In this document: in pieces, positions 1-12,922 of the stretch
Layout: each line of letters opens with the position of its first letter
How positions within the stretch are numbered: position 1 is the first letter of the stretch
Assembly: GCF_006345805.1 (NCBI RefSeq)
Contig: NC_043006.1
Location: 18,662,001-18,726,000, forward strand
Length of the DNA stretch: 64,000 nucleotides
From: Octopus sinensis
Taxonomy: Eukaryota
Reading direction: 5' to 3'
Notes under the pieces: model-generated
The model's input: only the letters and a program-made list of their open reading frames with translations
Told to the model about the DNA's origin: nothing
The model's database searches: none
Made by a program: the position numbers and the translations under genes

Positions 1-70
1 CTGGGAATCGAAACCGCGATCCTACGACCGCGAGTCCGCTGCCCTAACCACTGGGCCATTGCGCCTCCAC
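1..70 (-). mobile_element. SINE family A, tRNA-like head (truncated by window edge)
   Basis: Reverse complement GTGGAGGCGCAATGGCCCAGTGGTTAGGGCAGCGG...GGTTTCGATTCCCAG has Pol III A and B boxes; matches eight fuller copies in the window. Confidence 0.9.
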
Positions 71-74
71 TTCC

Positions 75-590
75 TTACTACAGATTCTGCGTTTGCTCTC
101 TGACAGTTTTTTTCCCGTTAATCAAGTTCGTCTCTGAGCGACTATAATTAGCATTTCTGTTTTTCGCTTCACTTTTCTGTCTGTCAACTAAATCAGCATC
201 TTCCATTTGTTGCATGAATTGGTCATGTACTTCCTTCTCTTTTTAAGCTACTTGTTTTATTCTTCCTTCGATTCTTGAGTTTTCCTACTCTTTCTGTAGA
301 TCTTTGGACATTTCTCGTGGCCGACAGCATTTTTCATTCGCTACGTAGAGCAACATAATTTCTCAGACCAAATATTATAGTACTAGCCGTGTCTTCTGAG
401 TTTAGCAATCATCTATTTCCTTACTTTCTCGGCAGGTAGAGCTTGTTGCGTTTGCTTTTAGTTCTCTAGATCTAGCTTTGTTTATTTTAGAAATATCAAT
501 ACAGGCATGGTCCATATATTCCTTGCTTTAATAATACTCCCTTTATTTACTTTTGTTTCGAGCACTTTTCTCTGTATCCTCTGATATAAA
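75..590 (-). pseudogene. Degenerate non-LTR retrotransposon fragment, RLE type (R4/Dong/NeSL-like), post-RT region
   Basis: Minus-strand remnants GIYGP, LYLPRK, VHDQFMQQ, KAKTEMLIIVAQ resemble the LYLPRKxGGRGL / HGQF / LKxETExLIxAAQ motifs; many stops and frameshifts. Confidence 0.6.
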
Positions 591-1439
591 ATATATAGAA
601 TATTAATGGCTGGAATTCTTAACTAATTGTCGGTGTTGTTTGAAAGGAAGCTTTCTCATTCATTATGTAGATAATCAGAAGTTGCAGCAAATAGTGAGTA
701 AAATTATAAAACTCTGAAATGGGTTTGTTAAGATTTTAATGAAACTTTTCGGAATTTAGAACTTTTTTATTTACACCTAGAAAATGCAATATTCTAAAAT
801 CACTTTCAGCCAGCATGGTTAGAAAATTAATTGTTATAATTGGCATCTAGATATAAATAGTTGTGATTAGTTACATCGAAAATCACTATAACTGGCAATA
901 TTAATTGGTTGGTATTCTTGTTGTTTTTGTAATATTTGTTTCTGTAAAAAACAGTTTACTTAAGCGTATTGTGTTCTTGAAAAACTAGTCACGATTTCAT
1001 TCAGAAGCAATGATGCAATATAAGATACTGAAAATGGATTATCATTTTCTTCTTCATACCAGTCTTCTTAATTATCCTGTCTCCCTACTGTTTATATAAG
1101 ATAGCAGCTCCTCCACTATCGCCCGTCCCAATACCGCAAATTATCCTGTACCATTACGAAGTGTCTTCCTCAAATACATGCTGACAATGATTCACAACCG
1201 ACTATTTATTTGCTTGACAGGCAAATCCACTAATGAATCAACACTCTCTACATATGTCTATTAAAATTATTTTGATTGATGAAGCGGAATGGTGTCCGCA
1301 ACCTTTCTGGTAACAATGAAATTATTGGTGTTTACTTAGAACGGTATAAAAAAATATAAGAGCAGAGTTGAGATTAGTGAAGTAAAGATTGTTCTCAGAT
1401 TTAGTAATGAGAAACAGAGAATGAGACACGACAGTCTAC

Positions 1440-1700
1440 GTAGTCTAATACGTGTGTATATGCAGGTATGGCATAACTATGAGGAAGTGGATATAGATAT
1501 AGCTAAGCTATATTGCTATAGATATATTAGATATGCTGTAATAAATATGTTTGCTATAGATATGGCATAGATATGTTACTTTAGATATGGTATATATGTG
1601 TGGTTACCTTAAATATGTTATAGATATATGTTTGCTGTGGATATAGTATACATACATTTCTATAGATATGGCATAGATACGTAGTTAATATTTTAGCCAT
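1440..1700. repeat. Degenerate CTATAGATATG-like minisatellite
   Basis: Repeated tagatatg / ctatagatatgg units with irregular spacing. Confidence 0.55.
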
Positions 1701-1723
1701 ACTTATATTTGGTTGCGATGTAT

Positions 1724-2138
1724 AGGCGCAGGAGTGACTGTGTGGTAAGTAGCTTGCTAACCAACCACATGGTTCCGGGTTCAGTCCCACTGCGTGGCAT
1801 CTTGGGCAAGTGTCTTCTGCTATAGCCCCGGGCCGACCAATGCCTTGTGAGTGGATTTGGTAGACGGAAACTGAAAGAAGCCTGTCGTATATATGTATAT
1901 ATATATATATATATGTGTGTGTTTGTGTGTGTTTGTGTGCGTGTGTTTGTCCCCCTAGCATGCTGGTGTGTTTACGTTCCCGTCACTTAGCGGTTCGGCA
2001 AAGAGACCGATAGAATAAGTACTGGGCTTACAAAGAATAAGTCCCGGGGTCGATTTGCTCGACTAAAGGCGGTGCTCCAGCATGACCGCAGTCAAAATGA
2101 CTGAAACAAGTAAAAGAGTAAAAAGAGTAAGAAAAGAG
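1724..2138 (+). mobile_element. SINE family B (tRNA-like head, central TA/TG microsatellite, (AGTAAAAG)n tail)
   Basis: AGGCGCAGGAGTGACTGTGTGGTAAG...GGGTTCAGTCCC head; TTGGGCAAGTG segment; tandem tail; several near-identical copies in window. Confidence 0.9.
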
Positions 2139-2147
2139 CATATAGTA

Positions 2148-2360
2148 TGAAGACTCATGCTCAGTGGATAGAGTGTTAGGATCTCAGTCATGAGGCAGTA
2201 GGTTGCGACATCACTGGTACCAAACTGTATCGGTGGCGTGGAGATGAAAGGCTGGTATGCATGGACGACTGCTGGTCTTTCATAAACAACATTGCCCAGA
2301 ATTGTACCTCGGAGGATAATTTCTAATGGTCATTATTGACCGAGGTGGGTTTTTACCCTT
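2148..2360 (+). mobile_element. SINE family D, degenerate and internally deleted
   Basis: Matches 62043-62382 (GGCTGGTATGCATGG, CTGCTGGTCT, 3' TTTACCCT). Confidence 0.7.
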
Positions 2361-2369
2361 TCTATACTT

Positions 2370-2705
2370 TTTTTTATTTGTTTCAGTCGTTTCACTGCGG
2401 CTACGCTGGAGTACCGCCTTTTAGTCGAACAAATCGACTCCAGGACTTATCCTTTGTAAGCTTTGTACTTATTTTATCGTTTTTTTGGCCGGAGCGCTAA
2501 GTAATAGGGACGTAAACACACCATTATCGGTTGTCATGCGATGGTAGGGGTGGACAAACACAGAAACATAAACATATACATATATATATGACGAGATTCT
2601 TTCAGTTTCCGTCCATCAAACTCACTCACAAGGCTTTGGTCGGCCTGAGGCTTTAGTAGAAGACAGTTGCCCAGGGTTGTAGTGGGACTGAACTCGGAAC
2701 CAGTT
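2370..2705 (-). mobile_element. SINE family B, diverged copy
   Basis: Reverse-complement similarity to 1724-2138. Confidence 0.75.
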
Positions 2706-2724
2706 GTCTCCATTTTTCTATACA

Positions 2725-3240
2725 TAATCAGCTATACCCAATTTTTGAATATCCCCTCGTATCACAGCTTTACGATGTTCTTCTACACTTATTTTAAAGG
2801 GGTGGAAGATTTTTCTTTTGTATAGCCTACAGCAACTGCATGGGATGGAGTACACGCAGTTTGCATCATATTCTCTTCTATGGGTGGTTTTACTCAGTGG
2901 AGTTATTTGCGAAGTGTTGTATTACTTCTGAATTCTGCCCTGATGTCATATGGATCGCATATCTTTTGTATCTTTTCCGAGAGGCGTTTGACACAGGGTA
3001 GACAGACTGTGATGCGTTTATGGGTTTCATCCTCTCTTCACTTCCTAACTGGAATGGATAGTATGTTTTCTGAGTAGTTGTTGCACAGTAGATTGTTTCT
3101 TAGCTTGGTTATTTCTTGATGGTGAGTATTTGGATCGCTACTTATAGTCTTTGCTCGATGTTTTAGGCACTGACAAATTCTTCTCTTTATACTGTATGGA
3201 TGGTGGGAATTGAAGCTGCGGTATTTTCCAGCGTAGGTTG
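2725..3240 (-). pseudogene. Penelope-like element fragment: RT C-terminus plus GIY-YIG endonuclease, degenerate
   Basis: Minus-strand HPYSIKRRICQCLKHRAKTISSD...LPCVKRLSEKIQKICDPYDIRAEFRSNTTLRK, then CVYSIPCSCC and EEHRKAVIRG; typical PLE thumb/GIY-YIG text with stops. Confidence 0.8.
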
Positions 3241-3400
3241 ACTTACGGTATGCGGATGTCCTGAACTCATACTCAGTGCGTGTTATTAATACATCCAGAA
3301 ATTCCAGCTAATTGTCTTTCTCCTTTTCCATTGTGAACTGTATGGAGAGCAGAGTGCCCCATTAGTCAAATAAAGAGTTGGATTCGAATTACCATCAGAA

Positions 3401-3442
3401 CACCTGACGAAGGCTGGCGAGTCCGTCAGCTGAAACGTTGTG
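3401..3442 (+). ncRNA. Minimal type I hammerhead ribozyme-like motif (GUU site)
   Basis: cac-CTGACGA-a-ggctggc[gagtcc]gtcagct-GAAAC-GTT-gtg; stem I cac/gtg, 7-bp stem II with G.U pairs, loopless palindromic stem III ACGT. Confidence 0.6.
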
Positions 3443-3586
3443 GTAACAACAAACAAGGTGGTGACATCTATCCGTCCATTGTAAATAATGTGCATAGTTC
3501 CTCATCTCAAAAATATAGAACAATTGTATGTAGTTGCTGATTGCTGTAGATATAACATAGATATCTTACAACAGATATGTAATAGA

Positions 3587-3968
3587 CTAGCAGTATCGCC
3601 CGGCGTTGCTCAGGTTTGTAAGGGAAATAACTATATAAGCATTTTTAGAGAGTTATAGCCAAAAAATAGCAAAAAAATGCATTAAAAATGGAAAAAAATG
3701 ATGGTAATTTTTTTTTAAATCGTTGACTCATCGTAGACATTTTTAGAGAGTTACTTCCCTTATATAATAGCGAAATAAATGCATTAAAATGGAAAAAAAT
3801 GATGGTAAATTTTTTTTAAATCGTAGACTCATCCTAGACGGGCTCGATATGAATCACGACTATAAGATACCCGGTTTTGGTTAAACTGCACCGCAAAATG
3901 TGGGAGTAGTTAGGAATCTAAATCGTAGGAGACAGACACTCACACAACTTCACTTTTATATATAAAGA
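3587..3968 (-). mobile_element. Non-autonomous Helitron
   Basis: Minus strand starts TCTTTATATATAAAAG, ends GC hairpin (CCTGAGCAACGCCGGG) + CTAG, inserted between A and T; same family as 42512-43028. Confidence 0.85.
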
Positions 3969-4429
3969 TATGCAATTATTCATCAATTAATGTAAGATGC
4001 AGTATTTGTAACGAGTGTAGTATTTTAGCAGTGTGCTATTTATAAGCATACTAGATTCAGTGACATATGTATGTTTTGTGTTCTGTTTATTGATTGCTTT
4101 TCTGCCTTGATGAATGAAACTGTTCTCACATTTTATTTTCGTTTGAAGATGCTATCGTCTTATCTATTACATGTAGTAATGAAGGTCTGACGAATGATGT
4201 CGGTTTTAGTGTGCAGTGGACGATGGAAGTGGTTAAGAAGTGAAGGATGCCATCATCTAGGTTTTAGTTGACGACTGGTTAAAAGCACCAATCAGTAGTT
4301 GATATCCACAAGAGTATGTTAAACAACACGTCTTTGGACTACATTTCAGTTGTTAATGTGGATGAAGCAAAGAATTCTTCATGTAATTATCTGCATCAGT
4401 AGTTTGATGTTCCCCAACACCAAAATATA

Positions 4430-4660
4430 TATTTCTTTACTACCCACAAGGGGCTAAACACAGAGGAGACAAACAAGGACAGACAAACGGATTAAGTCGA
4501 TTACATCGACCCCAGTGCGTAACTGGTACTTAATTTATCGACCCCGGAAGGATGAAAGGCAAAGTCGACCTCGGCGGAATTTGAACTCGGAACGTAACGG
4601 CAGACGAAATACGGCAACGCATTTCGCCCGGCGTTCTAACGTTTCTGCCAGCTCACCGCC
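4430..4660 (-). mobile_element. SINE family C
   Basis: GGCGGTGAGCTGGCAGAAACGTTAG...GAGTTCAAATTCC head; 14-bp TSD AACACCAAAATATA (4416-4429, 4661-4674). Confidence 0.92.
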
Positions 4661-4759
4661 AACACCAAAATATAGATAGGCTCGAACACCACATTAGTGA
4701 TCCCCGAAGCCCAAACAATAGATATCTTCTAACATCAAACTACAAGTGTCCTCGAACAC

Positions 4760-5170
4760 GGGAACTATAGATGTCTTCGCCGAAACTGAGATAATGCTGT
4801 TGAATTCGAAGCTGTGTTAAGTAGAGCGCGTCTTCCGAATAGAGGATGATTACCTGCACAAGATTGTGCTAGATTATGAACTCTACACTTGAAACCGTGG
4901 CTGATGGGCACCAAAAGAAAAGGTACAAGGACATCCTGAAGAAATCCCCTAGTGCCTGTCACACTTTTCACAATGATCATCGACATTGGTCTACTGCAGC
5001 CATCGGTTTGTTTCCTCCTTCGAGAATCCAAGTAGAGCTATCTTTGAAGACAAAAGCTGATTAAAGAAATAGAATGACATAAATGCACAGAATCCTTTGA
5101 GAGAATTTGCGAACTTGATTTGCAGCCACCGTGGTCAGGTCTGTCCATCTCGTATTGGCATAGTCAGCCT
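4760..5170 (+). pseudogene. RTE/Bov-B-like LINE 3' fragment
   Basis: RIEDDYLHKIVLDYEL...APKKRYKDILKKSPSACH...CSHRGQVCPSRIGIVS match the RTE C-terminal GxPKKRYKD and CxxC-SRIGL motifs; frameshifted. Confidence 0.8.
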
Positions 5171-7164
5171 CTATCGAACCTGCAGTGAACCTGGACGTTT
5201 TCTTTCATGAATCGTCATTCGTAAAGCCAAGTGTAAAATTTTTAGAAAAGTGAATCGATCATTTTGGTATAATTTCGGCTCGGAACCGATTTCTTTATAT
5301 CACTGCTGTTATGAGCGGAAAAATTATCATATTTATCTCTCACTACTTCTAATAATTTCAATCACGTAGGATAACCAATGATAAATAATGAAACTGTGCC
5401 TTGCATGAGACTGTGTTACAAATAACGTTTTATTCCTTAGTTTAAGTTCACAAATTTATTAAAGTCAGAAGTCAAAGCCTGTCTCCATCTTACAGACCCA
5501 TTAAGTCAGAGTTTATCCCAGTTTCCGTTGTATTTAAGCGACTGAGGGTATAAGATATACCACTGAATAAGACACCAGTTCGCTGTAGAGCTAATTTCCA
5601 GTAAGTGCCGGTACTCATTTTCAGTTGAGTGAACTCAACCTACGTAAACAGAAGCACCTTGCTCAAGAACACAACGCACTACACGATTCAAGAATGGATC
5701 CCATGACATGACGATTGTGAGACCATCATTGAAATTACATCGCTGTGCACCATTTTAAATTTATAGAAGATGCAAATTAGTGAGACGATTTTTGTTTTTA
5801 TTGCCACAAGGTGGTAACGTTCTGAATTGGATTTAGATTAAATGCATTAAACTGAAACTGAATCGTAGACTGTTCCTTCAGGGTGTGTGCTTCAGTTTTT
5901 AAAGTTCGATGCGACTTGGTAACTTATACTTGATGCATTTAACATTAGGTCCTCCCTTTATGGTCACAAATTTTCAGAAATTGCTTAGTGAATGAAATAT
6001 ATTGAATTTAGCTCGAAATTTCAATTAGATTTAGCGACTTGAAATGCTTAAATTTTGATTCTAATTTAAATAGCAGCCCTCGGCATTTACCAGAGTTTTG
6101 TAGCCAATTTTAGTATGTTAATGGTTGTCATTACTGATTCTGCGGTTCAAGGTAAGAAATACTATTTAGTTTGAAACTAAATCGCAATAATTTAGCCGAG
6201 ACAAAAAGAAAGCAGTCACGCAATTTGCTAGAAATATCAACCAAATTCCTGAAAATCACACCCAACCGAAATAATCAAAGAAGGAGACATTGCAGCCCTA
6301 GATTTATAAAAAAAAATCCCAGACATGATGGTCGCGGCATGAACACCTTTGGCCATAGTTCCATTCAATATTTACCGATGCGAGATTAAGCAACAACTAC
6401 ACTTAATATTAGTTTCTGTAAATCGCCAAGTTTGAGTCTTTGATGTCTTGGCTATCGTCTACTTAATTTACTATATATTTTGTTATCACGTTTATTAAAA
6501 TGAAACCATTCACGTTGATATAGAGCCAGTAATTTGATTAATAGACCAGGAAAAACAGAAAACTGATTTTCGTATGTCTACCAATGGGGCTTAAGAGATA
6601 TAAATAAGCCACGCTACATTGAACTGAGACTTAAAGAACTGACCTGAAATCCGACGCATATCGAAGCACATGGATAAACCAAGTTATTAAATGTTGCAAC
6701 CATTGTGTCGCCTAAGAATGTAGCTGTTGGCCTTAGTGATGGTGGTGGAGTACAGAAGAAAATGATAGATGGCCATGTATGATAGTATGACTTATTGATT
6801 TATTTGATAATTAATGAATAATGTAATGACTTCTTGTAACTAATACAAAGAACATTGGAGCCAGCCTTGTAGCAATAAAATATTCAAATATATTTTCATC
6901 ACGTTCGTTATTGTTTAAAGAGGCCGATGACATTTTTTTGGTGATATATAGTATTGCGATCGATCAATGATTGGTGAATACATGATCAATAATTATATAC
7001 AAAGAACTAAAGCAGATGGCTGCCACATATACGTAATTACCACGCATAAACGTACACAATTACTACGTATATACATGCTGCTATCATCTAGAGGCATTCA
7101 ACTGTTATACAAACACAAATACACATACACATACACACATATATATTCATATACATACGCATGC

Positions 7165-7224
<60 letters not shown>

Positions 7225-7684
7225 ATATCTATACATGTATACATACATACATGCCTACACGCACACACACACACGCGGCATGCATGGAGGTTTGCATAAA
7301 AAATCTGGTCATCTGAACTTTCATCTTACAACAAACATCACCTACAACACCTTTGCAGAGCCTATCCTCACACTCACATCTGGCTTTCTAAATTAATCAC
7401 TGCAAAAGCTAGCAAGTTGCTCTATGTTACTGGAACCTTCAATGTCAATGGACATGTAAACAGGCTATATCTTCCGCTCAAGGATGGTAGCGGCGGCTTA
7501 AAATCTATAGAAACACGTACTCTGACACTGAAGTGATGTCTGCAGCAGAGGAAAGAAGCAAGTAACTATCTTGCTCCAGTTCACTAGCGCGGAAACAGCA
7601 GCGTCATTAGAATATCTAGTGAACTTGAGGAACGAGACAAATCTCTTCAGTTCATAGGACTTTAGCAGGAAAGATTCAAGACAT

Positions 7685-7920
7685 GGACGGCGAGCTGGCA
7701 GAAACGTTAGCACGCCGGGCGAAATGCTTAGCGGTATTTCGTCTGCGTTACGTTGTGAGTTCAAATTCCGCCGAGGTCGACTTTGCCTTTCATCCTTTCA
7801 GGGTCGATAAATTAAGTACCAGTTACGCACTGGGGTCGATGTAATCGACTTAATACCTATGTCTGTCCTTGTTTGTCCCCTCTGTGTTTAGCCCCTTGTG
7901 GGTAATAAAGAAATAGGTAT
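7685..7920 (+). mobile_element. SINE family C
   Basis: Full-length match to other family C copies; ends AAAGAAATAGGTAT. Confidence 0.9.
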
Positions 7921-7939
7921 AAATCACCGACAAGCTTAT

Positions 7940-8135
7940 GACAGACATCCTATTTTGAAGTCTACTTCCATGCAATTCAAGAGGAAGTGATCCCCATCCA
8001 GAACTTGCTGCATAAAAGGTGTAAAACAAATATAGCGTGTGCAAAACTAAAACTGAAGACATCGGCCATATTATTGCCAGCTGTGAGAGAATGCATGAGG
8101 GATAGCATGTTAACATGAGACATGGTGTAAAGGTT
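7940..8135 (+). pseudogene. RLE-type LINE fragment (zinc-knuckle region)
   Basis: YFHAIQEEVIPIQNLLHKR ... TEDIGHIIASCERM...RHG resemble AIQEQ / EDIxHIIxxC / RHD motifs of R4/NeSL-like elements. Confidence 0.6.
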
Positions 8136-8589
8136 AAAATATCTGGAATAGAAGAAGAAAAAGAAAACAACAGATGAAGTTGGGTTTTTTGAGACCGACG
8201 AATTAAAAGAAAATTAGTGGAACTTAGATACTTGAAATGTCATTATGTTAAAAGACAACCAACCAGAGATTGTTGTGAGGGACCCCAACAATATCTTTTG
8301 AGGGAAACAGTTGTCCTCTGGTTACAAAAATACAAACCAAAAGAAAACCGCTTTCGTCGAACCGCTAAGTTACAGTAGCATAAACAAACCAATACCGTTG
8401 TCAAGCGGTGAAAGATGCAAATACAAAGTATTACATGCACACACGCGCACACATGTATAAATGTATGAGATGGATGTCTTTCAGTTTCCGGCCACACACA
8501 CACACACACACATGCACATACATACAAACAGACAGACATACGAGAGATTGCTAAAGACTCTTGGTTTTAAGAGTATCACAAAAGGCCTG

Positions 8590-8757
8590 GTTGGAGGCTC
8601 AAACTTCCGAGTTCTTTTACAGGGCTTAGAAAAACTGAAGGACCACTGCAATAAGTACGTGAACTTGAGAGGGGAATGTGTTGAATGAAATCATAATTAA
8701 CTGATCCTCCTGTATTTTCTTTCATCCAACGTCAGGAACTTTTCAACACCCAATCGT
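8590..8757 (+). mobile_element. mariner 3' end fragment
   Basis: GLEKLKDHCNKYVNLRGECVE* resembles mariner C-terminus (GIxKLxxRWxKCVxxxGDYVE); followed by TIR-like AGGAACTTTTCAACACCC. Confidence 0.65.
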
Positions 8758-8834
8758 TCATACATACATACATATTTTAAAATTATAAGTATATGAAAGA
8801 ATGGAGTTGAACGACTTGTTAACAAATTTCCTTT

Positions 8835-8915
8835 ATTTTCGACATATGTTTCGAAGGCTGCATATTCCTAATTCCGAAGGTATAAGGAGTACATTATGCA
8901 GATTTCTCATCTCTG
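8835..8915 (-). ncRNA. Degenerate hammerhead-like motif in PLE terminal repeat
   Basis: Minus strand: stem II ctgcata/tatgcag, GAAAC-atat-GTC-gaaaataaa intact; CUGANGA core decayed (gaGATGA). Confidence 0.4.
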
Positions 8916-9399
8916 ATGTGAATTTGTTAGCCAGGTATCGGTTATCTTTCGAATTATCCTTAATAAGATAATTCATTCAACTACTCAAATACACAAATAC
9001 ATACATACATACATACATACATACATACATACATGCATGGATGAGCAAGAGTCTTCAAATGAATAAGGCTGCACTCAGTTTTTTTTTATATAGTATAGAA
9101 TCACTAGAAACAAGTTATTTTTAGTGTCAGATAAATTCCCGTATATAGTTGTAGATAGCAAGTCGAGATATGTCAGAGAATTTTCAACCCAACGAAGACG
9201 TTGCGTAGATTTGATTCTATTCTATAGGAACTTTACTGCGTAGTATATCTGAGAATTGGAGTAATATGTCATGACTCATTCCAAACTCTAATTATATCAT
9301 ATATACCATATACATACATACACACGCACACACACACATACACACACACAGACACACACACACACACATATATATATGTATGTATGTGTATATATAAAT

Positions 9400-9564
9400 A
9401 CGACGGGCTTCTTTCAGTTTCCGTCTACCAAATCCACTCACAAGGCCTTAGTCGGCTCGAAGCTATAGTAGAAGACACTTGTCCAAGGTACCATGCAGTG
9501 GGGCTGAACCCGGAACCACGTGGTTGGCAAACAAGCTACTTACCACGCAGCGACTCCTGCGCCT
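9400..9564 (-). mobile_element. SINE family B, 5' half
   Basis: Reverse-complement match to family B head, ending at the central microsatellite. Confidence 0.85.
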
Positions 9565-9757
9565 ATATAGAAAGGGGTTTGACAAAATAATGGAAACACC
9601 TAGCTTCATAGCATCATAATTTTGAAATATCTATAAAGCTATCGAAAGCTTGTTTATTTTTGATTTTGATTTATTATTAGTGTTGCTTAATATGTTTTGC
9701 TAAAATTGCTGTTTCTTTTCAAATATCATTAGGAAAAGGTAATTAAATTTCATTAAA

Positions 9758-10035
9758 ATGACAGATCTATCGGACTTTGAATGAGGTCAAATTGTTGGTG
9801 CTCGTATTGCGGGCGCTAGCGTAACGAAAACAGCCGAAATGTTTGGTGTATCAAGAAAGTAATGACAGCCTTTGAGAAAGAGGGAAACATCTCCTCGTTG
9901 AAACAAAACTCCGGAAGAATACCAACACTTTCACATAGGGACCTCCGGATCCTTACGCGAATCTTAGAAAGGATCACAAAAGTACAGCTCACAACATTAC
10001 TACAGAAGTTAATGACCACCTCGAGAACCCAGTTA
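9758..10035 (+). pseudogene. Tc1-like transposase N-terminal (HTH) fragment
   Basis: MTDLSDFE*GQIVGARIAGASVTKTAEMFGVSR...KVMTAFEKEG...NSGRIPTLSHRDLR; one stop plus frameshifts. Confidence 0.85.
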
Positions 10036-11109
10036 TTTAGATACATCCAGATGTAGCTAAATAATATATTAATTACCAACCTGTTGTTAATTTGGCGCCC
10101 TAGTCTGTGCATGAGTATAACTTCCTTAATTTTTAAATTACCCAAATTTCTTTCATTGGACTCAATTGTGACTGTTATGTTTTTGTCGGTGTTCCGGCAT
10201 CTGTCTTGATGTTTCCTGGAGGAGAAGGCATCAAAGAACATCCGCAGATCATGTAACCACATGCAGGCTCCGTCGTTGGTCCGTCTCAGAAATAGTTTTG
10301 TTGCTATTTAGCCTAAAATCAACCCTGATACAGCAAACCTATCATCAAAGACATTCCAGCCTTCAGCAAACCGTCTTTTTAGGGATAATCTTGGACATTA
10401 CGTACAATGCGTCTGTGATTTAGGTAGGGAGATACTTTGGCTGCTATTTTTAGCGTATCGAGTGACCAGGTAGAGGCTCTTTCATTGGTTCGATTGTGTG
10501 ATGAGATTTTTTTTACACATATATGTATCAAATGGGTTTTGTTAGGGGAGATTTTCAGTTTAAATTTTTCTGTTGTCGGACACTCATCGTTTTGCCAATG
10601 GACCCGGAAGTTGTTCGTAAATAGCAGCAGCAATTTTCTTCAGCTGAATACACGTCACTGATTGGTTAAAATTACCCAAAATACGACAACTTTAATACGA
10701 AATAACTTCTAAAATACAAAATTTTGCTAAAAACGTTAAGAGTAAACCCTGTTATATGTGACACGTTCTACCAGGATCCGAAGTTTCAAAATGTTTAGTT
10801 AAGAAAAAATAATTTAAATAAACCTGTCCGTCAAATGGAATAGATCCCATGGACCTCCTAGACGGGTAGGTTGTTGGTCATTAATGTTTCCCTTGAATCT
10901 TTTATGTCAAGACTTGTGGGTAAGATATATAAGCATGATGAAATTCTAGAGGGCCGAATATCTGGGGGTTGTGATTGGGCGTAGTAGTTATTATGGGGGC
11001 ATAGTGGGGTTGTGTATAACAAGGTTAATAGAAGGATGAGGAAAGATGGATACAAGAGATGTGCCTGGATGAAATGATGTGGGGTTAGCCACCTCCAAGA
11101 CCCAGAGGC

Positions 11110-11410
11110 CATTACAGCAGCGCTAGAATAAGCAGAAAGAGAAAAAGAGAGAGAGAGAGAGAGAGAGGGAAAGAGAGGAAGAGAGAGAGTGTGTGTGCTT
11201 TTGTGTATTTGTGCGTGTGTGTGTGCGTGCTTGAGTGTGTATTTGTGTGTGTATGTATGTGTGTGAGAAAGAGATTGTGTGAGAGGAAGAGAACGGAAGA
11301 GAGAGAATGTGTGTATGCGTGTGTGAGAGAGTTTGTTTGTTTGTGTGCGTGATAGAGTGCGTACCTTTGTGAATGTGTGTATTTGAGAGAGAGAGAGAGA
11401 GAGGGGTAGA
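11110..11410. repeat. Compound (GA)n/(GT)n microsatellite
   Basis: Directly visible; explains ORFs 11112-11420 and 11123-11455. Confidence 0.9.
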
Positions 11411-11814
11411 GACAGAGCACTTATTGATCAGAGCTTGAAGTGTGTCTGAGAACACTTTATGTCAATCTGTCTGTAATCCGTTTCTGGTCGCAGATTCCGT
11501 ATGAGGCAGACATAATTTGGTCTGAAATTTCAGTGGAAAGCATCCAAATGAACTGGCACTAGTATACATTACTCAGTTCAAAGCGTTGACCAGGCAGAAC
11601 CGTTAGTTCGCAGGACAAAATGCTTAGCGACATTTATTTCGTCTTTAGGTACTCTGTTCAAATTCTGCCGAGGTCGACTTTGTTTTTCATCATTCCGGGG
11701 TCGATAAAATAAGTGATATTTGAGCACTGTGGGGGTCGATGTAATCAACTTACTACCTCCTCCAAACTTGCTGGTCTGGTGCCAATATTTGAAATCAGCA
11801 TACTTATAAGAATG

Positions 11815-12079
11815 TGGAGGTGCAATGGCCCAGTGGTTAGGGCAGCGGACTCGCGGTCGTAGGATCGCGGTTTCGATTCTCAGATCGGGCGTTGTGAGTG
11901 CTTATTGAGCGAAAACACCTAAAGCTCCACGAGGCTCCGTGGAATATCCCCGAGAACTACGTTAAGCGTACACGTGTCAGTGGAGTGCTCAGCCACTTAC
12001 ACGTTAATTTCACGAGCAGGCTGTTCCGTTGATCGGATCAACCGGAACCCTCGTCGTCGTAACCGACGGAGTGCTCCTG
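11815..12079 (+). mobile_element. SINE family A with internal deletion
   Basis: A/B boxes; lacks the middle segment; 12-bp TSD CTTATAAGAATG (11803-11814, 12080-12091). Confidence 0.9.
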
Positions 12080-12922
12080 CTTATAAGAATGAGTACATTT
12101 CGAATACTGACGGCACCGAATTGTAGATACGCTTTCTGTAAACCCGTCCCCACCCTCTATAAAGTGTCCATATACAGCCATTGAAATATTCATTTTAATT
12201 ATATTGTTCTTATCATTGATTAGCACCCTGTCAAATATAGCTGGGTTGATATATGATTAAATACATTCCAGTTTTCAGTCCCGAATATATCATCTTATAT
12301 TCTGACATAATTTATCTAGGAATTTTTTATCCAGTGTATTTTTCCATCTTAAGGCATTTAGCTGTTATTTCCAGAAGTTCAAGCTACGACATAGATTACC
12401 ACCATGTTAGCTCCTTAACGTTGATTAACGGTCTTTCTGACATTACGTATGCCTGTCACATAATATAAATTCTGCACTAAGAGGAATGAGGCTTCTCGAA
12501 ATAAGAAACCAATACTGTTGTTATTTATTATGTTGCGAACTTTGTGTTACACTGTCATCTATGTTTCCCACCAGAAATCATTTATTTTTTCAGTACTCGA
12601 GTAATATATCTTATTCGAATAAAACATATGTTATCATAGGTATCGGCAGCGAAAGATTACAAATGCTGTTATCTAGAGATGCGAAATTAAAATCAAAAAC
12701 AAAAAGAAAAAAGATAAAAGAACAGAAACAAACACAATACTGCTGATAAGAAATAATAGCAGATATATGTACTTGCGTATACATCGGTATTTATGTATGT
12801 ATCTATAAATGTGCTGATATTAGTGTATTTGTCTGTCTGTCTATTTGCCAGTCTCTCTCCCTCTCCTTCTCTCTCTCCCTCTCTCGCTGTATATATATAT
12901 GGACCTATTCTTCACGAGGATT

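Noticed and set aside
8261-8323. AACCAGAG...GAAAC-agtt-GTC-CTCTGGTT, hammerhead-like right half with 8-bp stem I
   Set aside because: No CUGANGA-like core at the required position; at best a decayed relic.
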